IMG/VR virus record: IMGVR_UViG_2695420965_000002
Span: 444 to 64,443 of that record
From: a virus
Taxonomy: Duplodnaviria > Caudoviricetes
DNA: 64,000 nt
Strand: one strand, 5' to 3'
Below are positions 8,804 through 15,088 of the stretch, in pieces. The first letter of the stretch is position 1; every line of letters starts with the position of its first letter. A program made the position numbers and the translations under genes. A model generated the notes under the pieces. It searched no databases. It was given only the letters and a program-made list of their open reading frames with translations, and was not told where the DNA came from.

Positions 8804-9184
8804 TCAAAGATCGAGACCTTCGGAGTCGTCTCGGTCAGGCGTGAGAACGTCGACCGCTTCTTCGTCCTCCAGTTCGTCGACCAGATCCTCGTCGTCCTCT
8901 TCTTCGTCTTCATCCTCGTCGAAGTCGTCCTCATCCTCTTCGTCCTCATCTTCGTCGCGAGCGGCCTCCTTGAGCTTGTTGAGCACCTCCTGGACTACGC
9001 CGTCCGGCTCCTCGTTTTCGTGGTAGCGACCCTTGATCTCATCAATCAACTCGTCCGCCAAGTACGGGTCTTGATTGGCGTCGGCCCAATTCACCAAGAT
9101 CGTAATGATCTGGGTGTCGCCGACAATCATGGTGTTAGGCTCGTCGTGGTCTTCGATTTGGATCAGCACGAATGGACGGGGCAT
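8804..9184 (-). CDS. highly acidic hypothetical protein
   Basis: GAGGTG RBS; long D/E tract. Confidence 0.7.
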   Translation of the reverse strand: MPRPFVLIQIEDHDEPNTMIVGDTQIITILVNWADANQDPYLADELIDEIKGRYHENEEPDGVVQEVLNKLKEAARDEDEDEEDEDDFDEDEDEEEDDEDLVDELEDEEAVDVLTPDRDDSEGLDL

Positions 9185-9207
9185 CTCGCACCTCATTAAA
9201 GAATGTT

Positions 9208-9257
9208 AGCCTCATTAGGTGACGCATCACGCCACAAGCCCCGTAGGGCTTTCGGCC
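9208..9257 (-). ncRNA. type II hammerhead ribozyme HH3, core variant CUAAUGA (G5A)
   Basis: GGCC-GAAA-GCCC(uacg)GGGC-UU^-GUGGCG(ugaug)CGUCAC-CUAAUGA-GGCU. Confidence 0.8.
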
Positions 9258-9258
9258 T

Positions 9259-9732
9259 TCAGATCGAGCAGACGACGCTTCGTGTGGTTGTGGTGTGGTG
9301 CTCGGTCACAACCTTGCATTTGTCGGTAGGATTGATCTTGCGTCGATAAGATATGGTGATCGACGGGTACTCTTTCGATCGGAGAGACACGAGTATTACC
9401 GAGTCATCTCCATTAACTGTGTCCTTTCCGCAGTTCTCAAAAGCACCCAAAACTCGGACGTAATCCGGGATCTCGTTCGCGTCCAGTCTCGCGTCCGCTG
9501 AGTCTGTGTAAAGCCAGGTCATCTTCAACCCAGCCTTTTCGAGTTTCTCGCACGCCTCATAATGTTTTGCGATGTTCGCTGCATCGCGAATCTTTCTTGA
9601 CTCATGAGAATCGTTGGATTCTTGAATTGCTTCGGCCAGCGTTCGGGAACGCACCCGGAATGCGTCCTCGGTGGGCATCTGCTCGATCACGCCGACAGTC
9701 ACATCGCCGGCACTTAAGGTTGCAGTGCTCAT
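9259..9732 (-). CDS. hypothetical protein
   Basis: GAGGTG RBS; flanked by HH4 and HH3. Confidence 0.7.
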   Translation of the reverse strand: MSTATLSAGDVTVGVIEQMPTEDAFRVRSRTLAEAIQESNDSHESRKIRDAANIAKHYEACEKLEKAGLKMTWLYTDSADARLDANEIPDYVRVLGAFENCGKDTVNGDDSVILVSLRSKEYPSITISYRRKINPTDKCKVVTEHHTTTTRSVVCSI

Positions 9733-9756
9733 GTTCACCTCGTCATGCCAAAGAAG

Positions 9757-9813
9757 AGCCTCATCAGTGCGGGAACCAACCCGCAGACCGCTCGTCCTTG
9801 AGCGGTTTCGGCC
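9757..9813 (-). ncRNA. type II hammerhead ribozyme HH4
   Basis: GGCC-GAAA-CCGCUC(aaggac)GAGCGG-UC^-UGCGGG(uugguu)CCCGCA-CUGAUGA-GGCU; stem III identical to HH1. Confidence 0.92.
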
Positions 9814-10053
9814 TCAGTAGCGAAGCGATGGCTGCGCGATTGCCACCTGATCGAACGCCCTGAGAGACGTCAAAGACTCATTGGGGATGTAGTCGGTTTG
9901 CTGCGAACGTGCCGCCTCAGCCGGAACGAGCTTTCGATAAACTTGAGCCACCGCCGAAGACGCGTTTGACGCCACTACGTAATACCGATTTCCACGGTAG
10001 TCGACGCGGAACCGCTGAACCTTGCCGCGATACAGATTAGTCATAACACTCAT
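9814..10053 (-). CDS. small basic hypothetical protein
   Basis: GAGGA RBS before ATG 10053; flanked by HH5 and HH4. Confidence 0.65.
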   Translation of the reverse strand: MSVMTNLYRGKVQRFRVDYRGNRYYVVASNASSAVAQVYRKLVPAEAARSQQTDYIPNESLTSLRAFDQVAIAQPSLRY

Positions 10054-10078
10054 GTGATTCCTCGGTGCGTAAATGGTT

Positions 10079-10129
10079 GGCCTCATCAGAACGGGCTTTA
10101 CCCGTTAACGCCCAGCGGGCGTTTCGGCC
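10079..10129 (-). ncRNA. type II hammerhead ribozyme HH5
   Basis: GGCC-GAAAC-GCCC(gcu)GGGC-GUU^-AACGGG(uaaag)CCCGUU-CUGAUGA-GGCC. Confidence 0.9.
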
Positions 10130-10171
10130 TCAGTAAAGCTCGTTTCTCCGAACAGGCTCTTGCTCGGCGTC

Positions 10172-10522
10172 CTAGGTGGCCTTCTCGGTAGGAATCAGCA
10201 CGATCAACGTACCCTCAGCGTTGTAGAAACCGAGATTGCGGCCAGCCTTCTCGATCGCTTCCTTGGATTCTCTGAGCCCAAGCCCGGTTCGGTTACGGTG
10301 CGCCTTGATGGCGTCGATCTTTCCGCCATTGCGAGCCGTCAAAAGCTCGCTCAGATTCGGCTCAGCCGACGCGACCACCTCTCTGATGGTCGCCTGCGGT
10401 GGGGCTGGTTCGGGTCCAACCACCGTGCGAATCAAATTGATGATGCCGGCTTGTAATTCCTGGAACTCCGAGCCGAGGCCGGAAAGCTGCTGGATCGCAC
10501 ACATCTTCTCGTAGGCGTTCAT
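10172..10522 (-). CDS. ribosomal protein L7/L12 C-terminal-domain-like protein
   Basis: KIDAIKAHRNRTGLGLRESKEAIE matches the bL12 CTD consensus KI.AIK..R..TGLGLKEAK..VE. Confidence 0.75.
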   Translation of the reverse strand: MNAYEKMCAIQQLSGLGSEFQELQAGIINLIRTVVGPEPAPPQATIREVVASAEPNLSELLTARNGGKIDAIKAHRNRTGLGLRESKEAIEKAGRNLGFYNAEGTLIVLIPTEKAT

Positions 10523-10542
10523 TCGTCGCATCTCCATTAGAT

Positions 10543-10594
10543 GGCCTCATCAGGCACCGCCTTACGGTGCAAGCCGCCGATGCGGCTTTCGGCC
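10543..10594 (-). ncRNA. type II hammerhead ribozyme HH6
   Basis: GGCC-GAAA-GCCGC(aucg)GCGGC-UU^-GCACCG(uaagg)CGGUGC-CUGAUGA-GGCC. Confidence 0.9.
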
Positions 10595-10595
10595 T

Positions 10596-10904
10596 TCAGA
10601 TACCGACGCAACCGTCACCGTCGCTGCTCCTCTTTGCCGTTGTGAAGTAATTCGTGATACTCACGGCAAGCGTAGACATGATTCGGGAGCAGACATCGCG
10701 GACGTCTTCGGGAGAGGATTCACCTGGGACAAGCTCACGAACCAGGAAGATTTGCTCCTGCTCAACCGCACCAAGCTCGATCCTCACGTCGTTGCCAACC
10801 AGGCGGTAGAGCGCGGTAAGGTCGGCCCCTAGGCACCATTTCCGGAAGTTGTTCCTGGCCTCAGAAACGATGTCAAGTTGCGGCTTCGTCACGAATTCGA
10901 TCAT
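10596..10904 (-). CDS. hypothetical protein
   Basis: ORF whose stop abuts HH6. Confidence 0.65.
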   Translation of the reverse strand: MIEFVTKPQLDIVSEARNNFRKWCLGADLTALYRLVGNDVRIELGAVEQEQIFLVRELVPGESSPEDVRDVCSRIMSTLAVSITNYFTTAKRSSDGDGCVGI

Positions 10905-10924
10905 GAATCTTGTCCCCGATGTTG

Positions 10925-11215
10925 TTAAGGTTTGTCTAATCCGTGATGTCTACGTACTCTCTGATCGAAGTATTCCCAAGCTCGGGCTAAAGCTCCCGGA
11001 TTGTCGTTAGGAACGTAGTGGCCATCAGTGAAACCCGCGTTGAGAACCTGGGTGTGGACGACATACTCCTTGCCACTCCATTCGCGGAGCACAACGCGGT
11101 GAGGTAGTGAGCATTCTCCTTTGCGCCAAGGCCCTGCTGCGATGATGTCGGCGAACCTGTAGCGAGCGAGAAGCGCAGCCTCCTCGTCGCTCAACGTGTA
11201 GAGCGTGTCACTCAT
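10925..11215 (-). CDS. hypothetical protein
   Basis: GAGG RBS before ATG 11215. Confidence 0.6.
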   Translation of the reverse strand: MSDTLYTLSDEEAALLARYRFADIIAAGPWRKGECSLPHRVVLREWSGKEYVVHTQVLNAGFTDGHYVPNDNPGALARAWEYFDQRVRRHHGLDKP

Positions 11216-11223
11216 TGGTGCCC

Positions 11224-11337
11224 TCAGTTGGTTAGCCACTGGTCGATGACCAGCAACCCATAGATCACAATTACCGAAAGAGCAGCGTAAAATTCAGAAC
11301 GACGCATCCGTGGGAGCGTAAAGCACCCGAACCGCAT
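11224..11337 (-). CDS. small membrane protein
   Basis: GGAG RBS; MRFGCF...ALSVIVIYGLLVI hydrophobic helix. Confidence 0.5.
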   Translation of the reverse strand: MRFGCFTLPRMRRSEFYAALSVIVIYGLLVIDQWLTN

Positions 11338-11432
11338 GGATTCTCCACGTAAAGAGTGTTCATAGGGTAATTGGGCGTGGAAATCGCGAGCGGCTCCGAG
11401 TTGTGATACGGAGTCCGCCCGTTGGCCTGTCA

Positions 11433-11648
11433 TTACACAGGCTGGGGGGTGAGGAAGAACTCCTCAGTGACTTGTTCAGCGATGGCATACGCGAGGGCCG
11501 ATTCGGGAGAGATTCCGAGCCGGTCTGCGATGATTTGAAGATCAGAGGGATGGCCGTTGGCGTAGAGAATGTGGTCGTGGGCGATCCGCGTTACACGCTC
11601 AATATGTGGCCGATCCTCGCAAAGAGGTGACTGCGATTTTCCTGCCAT
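11433..11648 (-). CDS. hypothetical protein
   Basis: ORF in the operon. Confidence 0.5.
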   Translation of the reverse strand: MAGKSQSPLCEDRPHIERVTRIAHDHILYANGHPSDLQIIADRLGISPESALAYAIAEQVTEEFFLTPQPV

Positions 11649-11651
11649 AGA

Positions 11652-12227
11652 TTATATCCGTTGTCCTTGGATTAGTTTCGTCTCGGCCTTCGGCGGCATG
11701 CAACGGCGCTTCGGTTCCGAGTCGTCATTCTGCGTCCTTGCTTTGGGCTGCGAGTCAACGGCGACCCGACAAAGGCCCGTCTCGCGTCTGATTTGGGTCA
11801 GGCGCTCGTTATTCTGCATACTTAGGGTAGGGAGCCAGCGTACCTTGCCGACTCCGAGGATGTGGAAGTAGATTTCGATGGTATTGGGGCGCGAGCCAGG
11901 CAAGATTGCGAGTTCGATCCCCATCTCATTGCCGTCCGCCTGCATTGTCGTGAGCGTCTTGAGGAACGACCGACAGCAAGCCGACTCGGCCTTGTTCTTG
12001 CATCCGACGCGAGTCACGAGGTACTCACGCAAGAGCATGGTCGCGGCCTTGTGTGGCGGTAGCCTGCGGATCCAACCCAATCGTTTAGGCGGGTCCAGGT
12101 GTCGCACCGATCCGGACATGTCAGAGAGGCGAAGGTTAGGGCCGTCTTCAGGCACGAAGACTGGCGTTCCGGTGTCGTCATGTCTCAGGTACAAGCGTCC
12201 TCCCTTGTCGTTAGCGTGTCGAAACAT
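11652..12227 (-). CDS. hypothetical protein (start uncertain)
   Basis: ORF track; no recognisable motif. Confidence 0.4.
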   Translation of the reverse strand: MFRHANDKGGRLYLRHDDTGTPVFVPEDGPNLRLSDMSGSVRHLDPPKRLGWIRRLPPHKAATMLLREYLVTRVGCKNKAESACCRSFLKTLTTMQADGNEMGIELAILPGSRPNTIEIYFHILGVGKVRWLPTLSMQNNERLTQIRRETGLCRVAVDSQPKARTQNDDSEPKRRCMPPKAETKLIQGQRI

Positions 12228-12238
12228 TCAGAATGTTT
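12222..12238. promoter_or_regulatory. 17-bp palindrome AAACATTCAGAATGTTT, copy 1
   Basis: exact duplicate at 14114-14130. Confidence 0.6.
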
Positions 12239-12404
12239 GGCGGGTTCAAGGCGGGGATTAATCCCCCTCGGCAGCGTTCCCACTACCAAGCCTAACGAAC
12301 CCACTATCCGCCCCAGTGGGCAGATAGACGCCTATCGATGGCTACGATGCGGACGTGACAGACGTGGAACATCCCGGACCGCGAACGGAGGGGTTCGACC
12401 ACGG

Positions 12405-12460
12405 AGCCTCATCAGCGTGGGCCTAACCCACGGACGGAGCACCCCTGCCCCGTTTCGGCT
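12405..12460 (-). ncRNA. type II hammerhead ribozyme HH7
   Basis: AGCC-GAAAC-GGGGCA(gggg)UGCUCC-GUC^-CGUGGG(uuagg)CCCACG-CUGAUGA-GGCU; compensatory A-U pair in stem II. Confidence 0.92.
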
Positions 12461-12468
12461 TGGACGGA

Positions 12469-12678
12469 TTACGAGCCGACTAACGGATCGCTCAGTTGGC
12501 ATAATCCGGGACTGTGCATGTTGATTTTCCGAGCGCAGACTCCGCAATATAACGCCTCAGTGCTGCAATTCCAGTAGCGGGCCGGCACGGCTCTACACGC
12601 CTTTCGGTTACAAGGCTCGTTCTTGGCCGGTTGACGGGTTTGCGGTCTTCCACCAGGAGGAATCCCAGCGTCTTCCAT
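12469..12678 (-). CDS. small Cys-rich (zinc-binding) phage protein
   Basis: CNRKAC...YCGVCARKIN; GGAGG RBS; stop 8 nt before HH7. Confidence 0.65.
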   Translation of the reverse strand: MEDAGIPPGGRPQTRQPAKNEPCNRKACRAVPARYWNCSTEALYCGVCARKINMHSPGLCQLSDPLVGS

Positions 12679-12718
12679 GCAATTGCCTCCAAAAAGGGCT
12701 TCGGATCAGACATAGAAA

Positions 12719-12764
12719 GGTCGGGGCGGGAATCGAACCCGCCCGGCAAGGCATCCCTTCGACC
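12719..12764 (-). ncRNA. minimal tRNA-like element B (acceptor-like stem + T-arm)
   Basis: GGUCG-aagggaugccuugccg-GGCGGG-UUCGAUU-CCCGCC-c-CGACC; no D or anticodon arm. Confidence 0.6.
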
Positions 12765-12783
12765 GTGAGCTATAGCTCACAAT

Positions 12784-13722
12784 TCAAGCGGCAACCGCGA
12801 CTTTGGCGGGTTCAGAAGCACGACCAGCGGCACGGGCCTTGTCAATGGCCGAGACCATCTTGTCCAGCTTGTCACGCAAGGCGACCATTTCGGTGTACTT
12901 GCCCGAAGAGAACATGGCGAGCGCCAGCAACTCGCAATCCTTGAGGGTGCAAGAGGCCGGATCGAACCCGACAGCGTTCGCGGGCAACGGCTTACCGTGG
13001 GCCTTGGCGACGTTCTCCAAGATCGACAGAGCGGCTTCCGGGGTAACGGCACCCTTAGCGAGACCGTCACTCAGAGAAGTCGTGATATCCTCCGTCGCCT
13101 TGGCGGCATCGCGAGCCTGCTTCTTGACGGCGGTAGCTGCCGCTTCAAGAGCCGCTTTCGCCGGATTCAGAGCCGCCTTGGCATCCGCGATCCTCTTCAC
13201 TGTCGCCTGAATACGATTCGTGAAGTCCTCGCGAGTAACCCTGGTGCCTTGCGATCGTTCCGCCGCGACACCCCGGATCATGTCCAACCAACCTTCGTTG
13301 ATCGAGCCTTCCAAGTCCTTCGACGTGAAGTGCAGAGCCTTCCCGACGATGGCCAGGTACTCGAACATCGAGAGCGAGTCAGCGGCGTCGGCAATCTCAG
13401 CCCGGACGAGTTCGCGGAGCACGTGGCACCGCGTCCAATCCGAAACCCTGATCGACTCAGCCTTGATCGAGACGTAGATGCGAACCTCATCGCGAATCCG
13501 GCTCATCAGCTTGTCGAAATCACCGCTTCCGTAGTCGTTGATGGAACCCTTCTGCCATTGGGCGTGCTCGAAAGCACGCTTGCCGATGGCGAAATTCCGG
13601 GCACCCTCTTCGGTGTACTTGGCGGTAATCATCTCGACGATTTCCGCAACCGCCGTCTCATGAACGGAGGCCCGATTGTCGCTGACGATGCCGTTCGTGC
13701 TGGTGTTGGTGTCGGCGGACAT
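12784..13722 (-). CDS. hypothetical protein, first gene of the leftward early operon
   Basis: strong host-like codon bias from ATG 13722 (MSADTNTS...); the upstream extension in the ORF track covers structured RNA. Confidence 0.75.
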   Translation of the reverse strand: MSADTNTSTNGIVSDNRASVHETAVAEIVEMITAKYTEEGARNFAIGKRAFEHAQWQKGSINDYGSGDFDKLMSRIRDEVRIYVSIKAESIRVSDWTRCHVLRELVRAEIADAADSLSMFEYLAIVGKALHFTSKDLEGSINEGWLDMIRGVAAERSQGTRVTREDFTNRIQATVKRIADAKAALNPAKAALEAAATAVKKQARDAAKATEDITTSLSDGLAKGAVTPEAALSILENVAKAHGKPLPANAVGFDPASCTLKDCELLALAMFSSGKYTEMVALRDKLDKMVSAIDKARAAGRASEPAKVAVAA

Positions 13723-13788
13723 GGTGCAGCCCTTTCGGGTTGGCCCTTTCCCGTCCCGACCGAAATGGCCGAGTACGTTCGAGGGAGG

Positions 13789-13890
13789 ATCTGGACACAG
13801 GGAATCGAACCCCGCGACCATTGACCCGGCACCGTACCGCTGAACAGACGTCGAGTTTAGGCTGGCGTTCCGTTGACGCGACCCGCAGAT
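13789..13890 (-). ncRNA. atypical tRNA-like RNA C
   Basis: AUCUG/CAGAU closing stem, D-arm-like GCGU-caacGGa-ACGC, T-arm GCGGGG-UUCGAUU-CCCUGU; oversized non-canonical anticodon region. Confidence 0.45.
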
Positions 13891-13999
13891 TTGGCTATGG
13901 TAGCCACAGGGCAGTCTCCTAGTAACGTAGGGGCACTGTCTAGGGCCGGGGGATGTTTCCAGCATCCTTCCGGCCCGTTTGCGTTCACATAACGCAAGT

Positions 14000-14043
14000 C
14001 GAGGGAGTGGGAATCGAACCCACTCGGCAGACACCATTCCTCG
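14000..14043 (-). ncRNA. minimal tRNA-like element A
   Basis: CGAGG-aauggugucugccg-AGUGGG-UUCGAUU-CCCACU-c-CCUCG; same architecture as element B with covarying stems. Confidence 0.6.
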
Positions 14044-14113
14044 CTTCTTGTCACTCTTATACGCTCACCTCAGTCGCTTGTGACAGCCGCTTTCGCGTTT
14101 TCTTGTCGGCCCG

Positions 14114-14130
14114 AAACATTCAGAATGTTT
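14114..14130. promoter_or_regulatory. 17-bp palindrome AAACATTCAGAATGTTT, copy 2
   Basis: upstream of the early operon leader. Confidence 0.6.
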
Positions 14131-14499
14131 AGCCGTCTCACTTCACACCGCGATCCTCACCGCATCGTCGCGGCCTTCTCGGTGGTGTGAGTCCGGCGGT
14201 CTCGTCCCGCCGCAATCTTTACGTTGGTCGCGTCGACGTGTGACGCAAGTTTTCAGATTTTCATGCTTCCAGGATCACACTCCGTGGTTCGTAGGGTGGT
14301 TGTCGGGATCACTCGTCCCGACACTCTCAAGACGGGACGTGACGGGGGTCGTGACACGTGTGGAGAAAAAACATCATCTCACGTGAAGCCATATAGGAAC
14401 GCGCGCGATTCAATCTAGGCCCTGCTGAAAGACGTCCGGACATGCTCGCCAGAAGACCAGGGAATGCGTGGATGCAGCCATCGCATCATCGCATCGAAA

Positions 14500-14780
14500 G
14501 AGCGGGAGTGAGTGCATCCAACCAACCGTAGGTTCATAAAGGGAGTGATGAGAGAGGGGATGAAAGCAAGGGTGAGTGAGTGCATGGGGAGGGTAGTGAA
14601 TGAGCGTGTGTACCTATGCGCCCATAGCTAGTAGGGAGTGTGGAGTGGTGCTGGAACAGGTGAGTGGATGCGTGCGTGGATTGAGGTGTGAGCGTGAGCG
14701 TGAGTGAGTAGCAGGAGTGAGTGAGGATTGTGTGCGTGAGTGCGGGGATTCATGCGAGCAATCATGCAAGATTGGGGTGC
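14500..14780 (+). repeat. low-complexity G/T/A-skewed non-coding tract (GTGA/GAGT repeats)
   Basis: gtgagtgagtg and gtgagcgtgagcgtgagtgag runs; C-poor; no ORF. Confidence 0.7.
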
Positions 14781-14964
14781 CTGTCAGTCAGATGTTCGTC
14801 TATGACAGCCCTAACCCGTTGCCCGCCAACACCTTATGGCATGTGTCCGCCGGCCCCCCACGCGATCGTCTTTATAGATAACCTTCCCACCCCGGAATTT
14901 TTCAACCCTGGGGTAATTTACCATTTCTAACACCCTCTCATGAATTGCCTGGATGTGAAGAGTC

Positions 14965-14983
14965 ATTTGTCAGTCTGACAAAT
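14965..14983. promoter_or_regulatory. 19-bp palindromic site, copy 2 (ATTTGTCAGTCTGACAAAT, perfect)
   Basis: perfect 9-1-9 inverted repeat. Confidence 0.75.
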
Positions 14984-15002
14984 TGGGTGCTCGCTGGACG
15001 CC

Positions 15003-15021
15003 ATTCTTCAGACTGACAAAT
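15003..15021. promoter_or_regulatory. 19-bp palindromic site, copy 3 (ATTCTTCAGACTGACAAAT)
   Basis: exact reverse complement of copy 1; 38 bp from copy 2. Confidence 0.75.
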
Positions 15022-15088
15022 CGGGCTGATCGCACCCGTAACGGATGACCGGATTGATACGTCCGGACGTGATAAGGATTAGATCGGC

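Noticed and set aside
10130-10174. Genome-wide TAG recoding
   Set aside because: TAG serves as a normal stop in several genes (for example 7413, 8363, 39202); only this one case has an in-frame extension
7358-12460. Repeats read as a CRISPR array or as terminators
   Set aside because: They are separated by whole genes, conserve the hammerhead core rather than the full sequence, lack U-tracts, and no cas genes are present
7340-12460. Loop I pseudoknots with sequence 3' of stem II
   Set aside because: 4-nt pairings exist for HH2, HH3 and HH5 but not consistently for the others; too short to separate from chance without an alignment
13723-14037. N-terminal extension of ORF 12784..14037
   Set aside because: It overlaps dense RNA structure and has atypical composition; ATG 13722 is the better start
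12719-14043. Canonical tRNA genes
   Set aside because: T-arms are present, but no proper anticodon arm or CCA can be drawn; reported as tRNA-like instead
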